From NCBI GenBank assembly GCA_050173015.1, contig JBFXLE010000037.1, positions 1 through 26,601 of the forward strand: 26,601 bases of DNA, written 5' to 3'. The DNA comes from Calditrichaceae bacterium (GTDB lineage Bacteria; Calditrichota; Calditrichia; Calditrichales; JBFXGD01). A program made the translations under genes and the position numbers. The notes beneath the pieces were generated by a model. The model searched no databases. It was not told the DNA's origin and was given only the letters and a program-made list of their open reading frames with translations. Shown piece by piece: positions 19,143-26,601 of the stretch. Numbering within the stretch: position 1 is the stretch's first letter; the number at the start of each line of letters is the position of its first letter.

Positions 19143-21437
19143 ATGAATTATAAGAGATTGTGGTTGGGCTTCATAGCCGTAATCGTCTTTTCATTTGCCG
19201 TTCTGGGGTACTATGGAGTGGAAATTTATCGTCAGGCTCCCCCGATTCCGGAACGTGTTGTGACTCCATCCGGGGAGGTGCTGTTCACCGGACAGGATAT
19301 AAAAGATGGTCAAAATGTTTGGCAGTCGATGGGCGGACAGGAAGTCGGATCCATTTGGGGTCACGGCGCATATGTCGCTCCGGACTGGACCGCAGACTAT
19401 CTACATCGTGAATCAGTATGGATTTTAAACCATTGGTCGGAAACGGAATACGGTATTGGATATGATGACCTTTTTGCTGAAAAACAGGCGGGACTGAGAG
19501 AACGTCTTAAAACTGAAATGCGCTCCAATACTTACAATCCTGAAACCCGGGATTTGGTGATCTCTCCTGTCAGGAAAGAAGCGTTTGAATTTCTAAGTAG
19601 CTACTACGCGTCACTCTTTGGAGACGATCCTGCTCTTGCCGGTTTACGTGAAGCGTACGCGATGCCGGATAATAGTGTTAAAGGAGCTGATCGTCAGCAA
19701 AAAATGAACACATTCTTCTTCTGGGCAACCTGGGCAACTGTCACAAATCGCCCAAATGCTGAGATCACTTACAGCAACAACTGGCCTCCCGAAGATCTTG
19801 TCGAAAACAAGCCCACCGGTACGATCATCATCTGGTCTGTAATAAGTTTTGTCGTTCTTTTAGCGGGGATCGGCGCGCTTACCTGGTATCAGGCTATTTT
19901 ACGGAAACGGGAGGAACATGATCATGAGCTTCCCAAACAGGATCCTTTGCTGGCATTAAAACCGACTCCATCTATGAAAGCGACCTTAAAATATTTCTGG
20001 GTGGTTTCCGCTTTGATGGTGGTTCAGGTTTTACTGGGCGCGATTACGGCGCATTATGGAGTGGAAGGTACAGGATTTTATGGAATTCCCCTTGCTGAAT
20101 GGCTCCCCTACTCTATCACCCGCACATGGCATACTCAGCTTGGCATCTTCTGGATCGCGACCGCCTGGCTCGCCACCGGTCTCTTCATAGCTCCCGCGGT
20201 TTCGGGATATGAACCGAAATTTCAGCGCGCGGGTGTAAACTTTCTTTTTATCAGTCTGCTTATTATTGTCGTCGGCTCAATGGCCGGTGAATGGTATGGC
20301 GTTCAGCAAAAACTTGGCTTCGAAATGAATTTCTGGTTCGGTCATCAGGGATACGAATATGTGGATCTTGGCCGGTTTTGGCAAATATTTCTGTTCATCG
20401 GACTTTTCCTTTGGTTATTTTTGATGGGTCGCGCTTTGTGGCCGGCCATAAAAAAACATGATGAGAATCGCTCTCTCCTGCTTCTATTTTTCATATCATC
20501 GGTCGCGATCGCGCTCTTTTACGGCGCCGGACTGATGTGGGGACGACAAACGCACCTGGCAATGGCTGAATACTGGCGCTGGTGGGTTGTCCATCTATGG
20601 GTAGAAGGATTTTTTGAAGTGTTTGCAACGGTAGCCATCGGATTTCTCTTCACCCGTATGGGATTATTGAAGGTGGCATCGGCAACGGCCGCCGTACTAT
20701 TTTCAACCATTATATTTTTAAGCGGTGGAATTCTTGGCACTTTTCACCACCTTTACTTTTCCGGAACACCCGTTTCTGTGATGGCCTTAGGAGCCAGTTT
20801 TAGCGCTCTTGAAGTGGTTCCTCTGGTTCTGATTGGATATGAGGCCTATGAGAATCTATCATTAAGTCGCGCGAAAAAATGGGTGCGCGCCTATAAATGG
20901 GCTATTTACAGTTTTGTCGCCGTATCCTTCTGGAATCTTGTGGGAGCAGGTTTATTCGGATTTCTGATTAATTCGCCCATCGCGCTCTACTATATGCAGG
21001 GATTGAGGACAACTCCGGTTCACGGGCACACCGCGCTTTTTGGAGTTTACGGTATGCTTGGTATCGGATTTATGCTGTTTACACTAAAGGGTCTTACGGC
21101 GCATTTTGCATGGAAAACCAAAATACTGAAATTTTCATTCTGGTCTATCAATATCGGGCTGGGACTAATGGTGCTTCTGAGTGTCCTTCCTCTCGGACTG
21201 CTGCAAACATGGGCAAGTGTCGAGTTTGGAATGTGGTATGCCCGTTCGGCTGAATTTAGTCAAACAACCCTGATGGATAATATTCGCTGGCTGCGCGTCA
21301 TCGGAGATACAATTTTTGCCTTTGGTATTATCGGTCTTGGCTGGTTTGTTCTAGGGCTTAAAACCGGTTGGTCGCGAACAAAAGAAGTCGATGCCGTCGG
21401 TGAAGAATTTCCCGATGCCGTCACTGAATCTAAATAA
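19143..21437 (+). CDS. norZ: Quinol-dependent nitric oxide reductase (qNor)
   Basis: GSIWGHGAYVAPDWTAD, TAHYGVEG, RTWHTQL, QGYEYVDLGR, WWVVHLWVEGFFE, GTFHHLYF, SALEVVP, HGHTALFGVYG, WLRVIGD; 764 aa; SD AAGGAG. Confidence 0.96.
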   Translation: MNYKRLWLGFIAVIVFSFAVLGYYGVEIYRQAPPIPERVVTPSGEVLFTGQDIKDGQNVWQSMGGQEVGSIWGHGAYVAPDWTADYLHRESVWILNHWSETEYGIGYDDLFAEKQAGLRERLKTEMRSNTYNPETRDLVISPVRKEAFEFLSSYYASLFGDDPALAGLREAYAMPDNSVKGADRQQKMNTFFFWATWATVTNRPNAEITYSNNWPPEDLVENKPTGTIIIWSVISFVVLLAGIGALTWYQAILRKREEHDHELPKQDPLLALKPTPSMKATLKYFWVVSALMVVQVLLGAITAHYGVEGTGFYGIPLAEWLPYSITRTWHTQLGIFWIATAWLATGLFIAPAVSGYEPKFQRAGVNFLFISLLIIVVGSMAGEWYGVQQKLGFEMNFWFGHQGYEYVDLGRFWQIFLFIGLFLWLFLMGRALWPAIKKHDENRSLLLLFFISSVAIALFYGAGLMWGRQTHLAMAEYWRWWVVHLWVEGFFEVFATVAIGFLFTRMGLLKVASATAAVLFSTIIFLSGGILGTFHHLYFSGTPVSVMALGASFSALEVVPLVLIGYEAYENLSLSRAKKWVRAYKWAIYSFVAVSFWNLVGAGLFGFLINSPIALYYMQGLRTTPVHGHTALFGVYGMLGIGFMLFTLKGLTAHFAWKTKILKFSFWSINIGLGLMVLLSVLPLGLLQTWASVEFGMWYARSAEFSQTTLMDNIRWLRVIGDTIFAFGIIGLGWFVLGLKTGWSRTKEVDAVGEEFPDAVTESK

Positions 21438-21479
21438 TTATTGTCGGTTGAATCAAAAACAATTTAGGAGATATTTCTA

Positions 21480-22442
21480 ATGGAGAATATAGCAAAACTT
21501 GATGCGCGCCTTCTCGAACCGAGAGTGAAACATCAGACCATTTTTCAAAAGTTTGACGCGCTTACCGTTGGTGAGAGTTTCATTCTTGTGAACGATCATG
21601 ATCCCAAACCGTTGTATTATCAGTTCGTTGGAATGCGGCAGGGACAGTTTAGCTGGAATTATGTCATGCAGGGTCCGGAGGTCTGGCAGGTTGAAATAAA
21701 AAAGACCGCGGTTGAAACGGAAGAGGAAACCATCGGCGAAATAACCGCCAGAGATTTTCGTAAGGCGGATGTTTTCAAAAAATACGGCATTGATTTTTGC
21801 TGCGGCGGTAACAAAAAATTATCACAGGCCTGCAATGAAAAAGGCGTTTCGGTTGACGTTGTAAAAATGGATTTGGAAAAGCTCGATCAATCAGGCGCGG
21901 AAAGTATAAACCGCTATGATTCATGGGAGCTTGATTTTCTAACGGACTATATCGTTATGAACCATCACGCTTATCTTAAACGCGAATTGATTGAGCTTCC
22001 TCCCTACGTAGAAAAAATTGCCAATGTTCACGGCGCCAATCATCCGGAGTTACTTGAGATTGCCGCGCATTTTAGCCGGATAACCGCGGAGCTTGTCGCG
22101 CATCTTCCAAAGGAAGAACAGATTCTTTTTCCCCGTATCAAACAACTTGTAGCGATAAAACGCGGTCAGGCTTCGGCAGCCGGTCTGGGAATGGCGGGTA
22201 TTCAGGGACCTATTAATGTGATGGAACGGGAACACGTTTCCGCCGGCAACAGCATGGAAGAAATAAACCGGTTAAGTAAAGGATACTCTGTTCCTGAAGA
22301 CGGCTGCAACACATACAAGCTGGTTTATCAAAAGCTGAAGGAATTTGAAGAAGATCTCCATCAGCATATCCATCTGGAAAATAATATACTGTTTCCAAAA
22401 GCTATCACGCTCGAAAAAGAATTGATAGAATCAGTAAAATAA
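21480..22442 (+). CDS. ric: Iron-sulfur cluster repair di-iron protein (Ric/YtfE/ScdA/DnrN) with N-terminal DUF2249 domain
   Basis: DUF2249 LDAR...KH..IF..F...LVNDHDPKPLYYQ; ScdA_N IDFCCGG; di-iron ligand motifs HHAY, HLPKEE, EH, HIHLENNILFP. Confidence 0.93.
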   Translation: MENIAKLDARLLEPRVKHQTIFQKFDALTVGESFILVNDHDPKPLYYQFVGMRQGQFSWNYVMQGPEVWQVEIKKTAVETEEETIGEITARDFRKADVFKKYGIDFCCGGNKKLSQACNEKGVSVDVVKMDLEKLDQSGAESINRYDSWELDFLTDYIVMNHHAYLKRELIELPPYVEKIANVHGANHPELLEIAAHFSRITAELVAHLPKEEQILFPRIKQLVAIKRGQASAAGLGMAGIQGPINVMEREHVSAGNSMEEINRLSKGYSVPEDGCNTYKLVYQKLKEFEEDLHQHIHLENNILFPKAITLEKELIESVK

Positions 22443-22451
22443 TACATCTCC

Positions 22452-22487
22452 GGCCGGATTTCTTTAACGAAGAAATCCGGCCATTTT
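22452..22487 (+). terminator. Intrinsic terminator after norZ-ric
   Basis: 13-bp perfect stem GGCCGGATTTCTT / AAGAAATCCGGCC, 5-nt loop, then ATTTT. Confidence 0.8.
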
Positions 22488-22512
22488 AATATCACACAAA
22501 ATTATTATCTTC

Positions 22513-22558
22513 TTGACAACCGGATTTCCATCAGTTAATTTCGGACAAATGAGTCTTA
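22513..22558 (+). promoter_or_regulatory. Promoter of the Rrf2 gene with adjacent candidate operator
   Basis: TTGACA (22513-22518), 17 bp, TAATTT (22536-22541); imperfect palindrome TCGGAC-N6-GTCTTA at 22541-22558. Confidence 0.55.
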
Positions 22559-22571
22559 AATACGGACCGGT

Positions 22572-23045
22572 ATGTTATTATCGAAAAGTTGCATCTACGC
22601 TATTCGATCTGCCCTCTACATAACACTTGAAAAAGATCGCAAATATATTCCGGTTCGGGAGATTGCTGAGCGATTGCAAATTTCATTTCATTTTCTTACT
22701 AAAATTTTACAGATCCTTTCAAAGAATCACATTGTCGCCTCGTATAAGGGGCCAACCGGCGGGATTATGCTGTTGAAATCCGCGGATGAAATCACATTGC
22801 TTGATATCATATTGGCGATTGACGGACCGGGTATTTTTGAAGAATGTGTTCTCGGACTGCCGGGCTGCTCACATGAGAAACCCTGTCCCCTGCATCATCA
22901 TTGGAATGAGCAGCGCAAAACGATAAAAAATAGTTTACAAAATTCATATCTAAGTTCCGTCGCGAAGAGGATCAAGAATGAAGATCTTCGCATCTTCGAT
23001 GAAAATGGACTCAGGAATACGACAGGAATTGATCTTTTTCATTAG
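22572..23045 (+). CDS. Rrf2 family transcriptional regulator with putative Fe-S-binding Cys cluster
   Basis: SKSCIYAIR, EIAERLQISFHFLTKILQ, SYKGPTGG, ITLLDII.AIDG, CVLGLPGCSHEKPCPLH. Confidence 0.93.
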   Translation: MLLSKSCIYAIRSALYITLEKDRKYIPVREIAERLQISFHFLTKILQILSKNHIVASYKGPTGGIMLLKSADEITLLDIILAIDGPGIFEECVLGLPGCSHEKPCPLHHHWNEQRKTIKNSLQNSYLSSVAKRIKNEDLRIFDENGLRNTTGIDLFH

Positions 23046-23066
23046 AAGTTTTGTTTTTGTTTTAAC

Positions 23067-23099
23067 TATTTAAGATAACGTACTCTTATATCTTAAATA
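23067..23099. promoter_or_regulatory. Inverted repeat / candidate operator upstream of the sigma-like gene
   Basis: TATTTAAGATA-N11-TATCTTAAATA (perfect 11-bp arms), containing TAAGA-N8-TCTTA at 23071-23088. Confidence 0.5.
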
Positions 23100-23132
23100 A
23101 TCATATAAAACATACAATATTGGGGGGGGACC

Positions 23133-23702
23133 ATGTTTACAAAATCAGAGAAATCATTAAAATTCAGGTTATCCATACAGCCCTGGCTTAATGATTTACA
23201 GTCCACCGCACTTCAACTGACATTGGAGGCCAATTCCGCGGAGGATCTGCTCAAATCCACACTTCTTTCCATTTACAGAAACTTTGACCCGCTTGATTCC
23301 CCGGAGAATTTCCGCAAATACTCTTTTGAAGTGCTGTTTGACACTTTTAATTCATCCAATAATACGATTTCTGATACCCTGGATGATATTAAACCGCAGG
23401 ATCTGTCGGAGTTTTATCTGTATAACAAAATAGATGAATCAAATGATCTTCGGCGTCAACCAACGGAAAATGTAATACGAACTCTTGTTCCGGATGAAAT
23501 TGATAATATTATAAATAATCTGCCGGGATATATGAGACTTGTGATGTTTCTGAAAGATGTACAGGATTTTTCTTATGAAGAGATCGCCCATCTGACACGC
23601 ACATCTGTTGAGAGAGTCGTTGCCGGCATTTGTCTGGGTAGAAAATTATTACAGCGTCATTTATGGTCTAATTTCGAAAAAGACAATCGGGCCAGCGCCT
23701 GA
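23133..23702 (+). CDS. ECF sigma-70 factor-like protein (SigH/SigR-like scaffold), degenerate
   Basis: TALQLT...AEDL (sigma2), EFYLYNK linker, LP..MRLV..L.DVQDFSYEEIA...GRKLLQ (sigma4); G-rich SD. Confidence 0.8.
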   Translation: MFTKSEKSLKFRLSIQPWLNDLQSTALQLTLEANSAEDLLKSTLLSIYRNFDPLDSPENFRKYSFEVLFDTFNSSNNTISDTLDDIKPQDLSEFYLYNKIDESNDLRRQPTENVIRTLVPDEIDNIINNLPGYMRLVMFLKDVQDFSYEEIAHLTRTSVERVVAGICLGRKLLQRHLWSNFEKDNRASA

Positions 23703-23781
23703 GACCAATGGAATTAAATTCTATTCAATGACAGACCCGCTTAAAACTAGATTTTTTGGTAACAAAAATTTTATGATATTC

Positions 23782-25608
23782 TCACGACCGCCGTCCATTT
23801 AGTTCATTTTTTACCTTTTTCGCGAGTTCACCGGACAATTTGCCCTTTTCTATCAGTTCACTAATTTCGGCTTCTCTGATTTTTTTTACTGAACCAAAGA
23901 CTTTTAATAATTGATTTCTCCGTTTTTCTCCAATTCCGGCTATCTTATCCAGCTCAGATGTCAGCGTGCGTTTTTTTCTGCGTTCCCTGTGAAATGTGAT
24001 TGCAAAACGATGCGCTTCATCACGTATTTGCTGCAGAAGTCTCAGACTTGAGGATGTTTTTGGCAGCATTTGAGCGTCACTATATCCCGGGAAAAAGATC
24101 TCTTCCAGCCTTTTCGCGAGACCGATTATCGGCTGATCGCTGATCTTCAGCTCATTTAACACAGAAACCGCGCTTGAGAGCTGCCCTTTCCCGCCATCCA
24201 CCATGATCAGATCCGGCAAGGATTTCTTCTCCCTTATCAGCCTGCTGTATCGTCTGTAAACGACTTCTCTCATCATTGCAAAATCATCCGGTGATTGTTT
24301 TACATTGATTTTAAACCGCCGGTACTCTGACTTTTTAGCTTTTCCGTCAACAAAGCAAACCATGGAAGCAACCGGATCCGTACCCTGAATATTTGATATA
24401 TCAAAACATTCAATCCGGCGCGGTTCCTGCTTTAACCGTAAATCTCGCTGAAGCGCTTTCACCACATGCGGGATGTAGTTTTTGGATTTTAATTTTTGAA
24501 GTTTTAGTTCCTCGAGCAAAAACCGGGCATTTTTCTGCCCAAGATCCATCAGCTGTCTTTTCTCCCCAACTTTTGGAATGATCAGATGCACTTTTCGCTC
24601 AGACCTTTCCGTCAGCCATGTTTCATACGCTGTTTTCTGATCGATTTCCGTCTGTAAATAAACTTCCTGTGGTAAATCATCAGAATTGAAATAATAATGA
24701 TTTATAAACTGACTGATAATTTCACCGTCACTCTGCCACTCAACCTGCCCCATATAGTAATGCATACGTCCTATGATTTTACCTTCACGGATTTTAAACA
24801 AAACAGCGCAGGCGTCATCATCCTCCCTTGCCATAGCTACCACATCCCGGTCTCTATGATCGCTTTGAACCATTTTCTGATTGTTGCGGTAGTTTTCGAG
24901 ATCCGATATTTTATCTCTGACACGGGCGGCTTCTTCAAATTCCAGATCCCGGGCATGGGATTCCATTTCAGTCCGTAATTCTTTCAAAAGCTCATCCGTT
25001 TTTCCCTTCAAGAATCTGCGAACGCCATCGATCATTTTATCGTAATCTTCTTTGGATTGTAAACCCTGGCATGGTCCTTTACACTTTTTTATATAATAAT
25101 CCAGGCACAACTGCACTTTGCCCTTTTTTATAACATCCGGTGAAAGATCATATTTACAGGATCTTATCGGGAAAATACGGTGCAGTATCTTCACGATAGA
25201 GCGGACATTCTTTACATCGGTGTAAGGCCCGAAATACTGCGATCCGTCACGAATTATTCTCCTTGTGATAAATACCTGAGGAAAATCTTCGTTAGTGATG
25301 CGGATATATGGATAACTTTTATCATCTTTCAGATTTACATTATAACGGGGTTTATATTCCTTGATCAGGTTGTTTTCAAGTATCAGAGCTTCAACTTCGG
25401 AATCCGTAACAATGAATTCCAAATCTGCAACACGTTTTACAAGAGCGGCGAGTTTAGGATGATACGGCCGGGACTCTTGGAAATAAGATCGCACCCGCGA
25501 CCGGAGCGCTCCCGCTTTCCCAACATACAGAACAGTGCCTTTTTTATCTTTAAAAAGATAACATCCCGGCTTTACGGGGAGATTCTGTAATTTCTCTTCC
25601 AGTGTCAT
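23782..25608 (-). CDS. uvrC: Excinuclease ABC subunit C
   Basis: GIY-YIG PGCYLFKD...YVGKA..LRSRVRSYF, UVR domain LEFEEAARVRD, RNaseH-like IECFDISN and DGGKGQ, RDEAHRFAI, HhH GIGEKRR. Confidence 0.98.
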   Translation of the reverse strand: MTLEEKLQNLPVKPGCYLFKDKKGTVLYVGKAGALRSRVRSYFQESRPYHPKLAALVKRVADLEFIVTDSEVEALILENNLIKEYKPRYNVNLKDDKSYPYIRITNEDFPQVFITRRIIRDGSQYFGPYTDVKNVRSIVKILHRIFPIRSCKYDLSPDVIKKGKVQLCLDYYIKKCKGPCQGLQSKEDYDKMIDGVRRFLKGKTDELLKELRTEMESHARDLEFEEAARVRDKISDLENYRNNQKMVQSDHRDRDVVAMAREDDDACAVLFKIREGKIIGRMHYYMGQVEWQSDGEIISQFINHYYFNSDDLPQEVYLQTEIDQKTAYETWLTERSERKVHLIIPKVGEKRQLMDLGQKNARFLLEELKLQKLKSKNYIPHVVKALQRDLRLKQEPRRIECFDISNIQGTDPVASMVCFVDGKAKKSEYRRFKINVKQSPDDFAMMREVVYRRYSRLIREKKSLPDLIMVDGGKGQLSSAVSVLNELKISDQPIIGLAKRLEEIFFPGYSDAQMLPKTSSSLRLLQQIRDEAHRFAITFHRERRKKRTLTSELDKIAGIGEKRRNQLLKVFGSVKKIREAEISELIEKGKLSGELAKKVKNELNGRRS

Positions 25609-25930
25609 CAGATTATGTTAACCAACTTTTTTATTCATATTTTTAATGAGGAAAATTAAGAATTAAATCACCCTGAAGCAATTAGGGGGAAGAAGGAGGA
25701 AGTGGGAATTATAAGATAAAAGATAAAAGAAAAAAGATAAAAGAGTTAAGAGTGTAAGACCAGAGGCGTCCCAATCCGGGCAAGCGATGTCATAGTCAAC
25801 CGCGGTGAAACCGGTTCATCTACACGTATGTCATGCCGCAGGCATCTTTGGCTACCTTGGAAGGATGTAGAAAAAAAGATTCTTCGGGGCGAATTTTCTG
25901 TCCAAGCAAAAGCACTGACCCTCCCCTCTA

Positions 25931-25958
25931 TCCCCTCCCTTATGCATAAGGGAGGGGA
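25931..25958. repeat. Perfect 28-bp palindrome (CCCCTCCC/GGGAGGGG type)
   Basis: TCCCCTCCCTTATG|CATAAGGGAGGGGA. Confidence 0.9.
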
Positions 25959-26270
25959 AGGGCATGATTTATCAAGCCCGGGGTGGGTTAGAAGAAGTTA
26001 GAAGTAAGAAAAAAGATAAAAGAAAAAAAGTAAGACATGTTATGCGAACCAGCCGGAAGATTCCTGCGGAATGACATATTGAGGATAGTTGCCTTTAAAT
26101 GGCAGTCCCCCGTACATGTCATCCAAGATGGATCTTTTACTTGCCTGGGAAAGGATGCAGTTGATCCTAAATTGATCGTAAGGATTCTTCGGGGCGAATT
26201 TTCTGTCCGAGTGGAATAAATTGAAAAACAGCTAAATGATACACGAGTTAAAATTCGCCAGGGCTTTTTG

Positions 26271-26295
26271 CTACTTTTTGGCCTTCAAAAAGTAG
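26271..26295. repeat. 10-bp stem-loop
   Basis: CTACTTTTTG-GCCTT-CAAAAAGTAG. Confidence 0.8.
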
Positions 26296-26306
26296 AGGGA
26301 AAGAAT

Positions 26307-26390
26307 AAGTAGGAAGTAGGAAGTAGGAAGTAGGAAGTAGGAAGTTGAAGAAAAAAGATAAAAGATAACAGAAAAAAGAAAAAAAGTAAG
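26307..26390 (+). repeat. Heptanucleotide tandem repeat
   Basis: (AAGTAGG)x5 at 26307-26341, continuing with 7-bp periodicity as AGAAAAA/AGATAAA units to 26390. Confidence 0.9.
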
Positions 26391-26476
26391 ACAGGTTATG
26401 CGAACCAGCCGGGATATTCCTGCGGAATGACATATTGAGGATAGTTGCCTCTAAATGGCAGTCCCCCGTACATGTC

Positions 26477-26601
26477 GGTAAATTGAGAAAAAGGTCTCAC
26501 AATCTTTAATGGTGTAGAAATGTATGAAATACATTTGTAATATGACATCTCAAAAAAGAAAGGAGACCCTTATGAACACCTCAATGTTAAATAGTCCAAA
26601 G
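26477..26601 (+). mobile_element. Possible left end of an insertion sequence, with an ORF start at 26572 (MNTSMLNSPK...) running off the window
   Basis: Abrupt break of the 103-bp repeat at TGTC|GGTAAATTGAG; SD AAGGAG before ATG 26572. No transposase sequence is visible. Confidence 0.35.

Larger units (their letters stand above)
25714..26476. repeat. Composite array of about three degenerate units (heptamer tracts plus REP-like palindromes)
   Basis: 103-bp direct repeat 26018-26120 / 26374-26476 (4 mismatches); 26-bp exact repeat 25878-25903 / 26183-26208; purine heptamer tracts at about 25714, 25990 and 26307. Confidence 0.85.

Noticed and set aside
19143-21437. qNor as a nitric oxide dismutase (Nod)
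   Set aside because: The active-site His/Glu motifs (HLWVEGFFE, HH, HGH) and quinol-site motifs (AHYxVE, RxxGD) are canonical qNor, without the substitutions described for Nod.
1537-25590. Numerous short ORF-track entries overlapping the main genes (e.g. 2510-2830, 8812-9288, 14235-14615, 25180-25590)
   Set aside because: Shadow or alternate-frame ORFs of well-supported genes, with no recognisable motifs.
26248-26433. 61-aa minus-strand ORF (and 26037-26219 on plus)
   Set aside because: These are translations of heptamer and palindromic repeats (LLPTSYF periodicity) with no other coding evidence.
25714-26476. CRISPR array
   Set aside because: No constant repeat with regular unique spacers, only two copies of each long repeat, and no cas genes.

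Overview
Chromosomal window from an AT-rich bacterium. A FlgD-Ig/T9SS-type C-terminal domain and the gene style suggest a Calditrichota/KSB1/Ignavibacteriota-like lineage (inference). Left to right: the 5' end of a lipoprotein gene (-), a 1.1 kb intergenic region with 21-bp phased repeats, a STAS/SEC14-like gene, a 1317-aa secreted ExeM/NucH-type nuclease, a signal-peptide-bearing M16C peptidase, six small (-) genes behind a structured leader, pabBC-pabA, a YkgJ protein and an e(P4)-type phosphatase. Next is a nitric-oxide/Fe-S stress neighbourhood: two hemerythrin-like genes, a PflX-like radical SAM gene, qNor (norZ), DUF2249-Ric, an Rrf2 regulator and a full-length but degenerate ECF sigma-like gene. 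The window ends with uvrC and about 0.8 kb of REP-like and heptamer repeats, cut by a possible IS end. Best novelty candidate: the ECF 'pseudo-sigma', which lacks typical DNA- and core-binding residues, shares a candidate operator with the Rrf2 gene, and could be an NO-induced anti-sigma decoy. All calls come from reading motifs by eye; no database searches were run.
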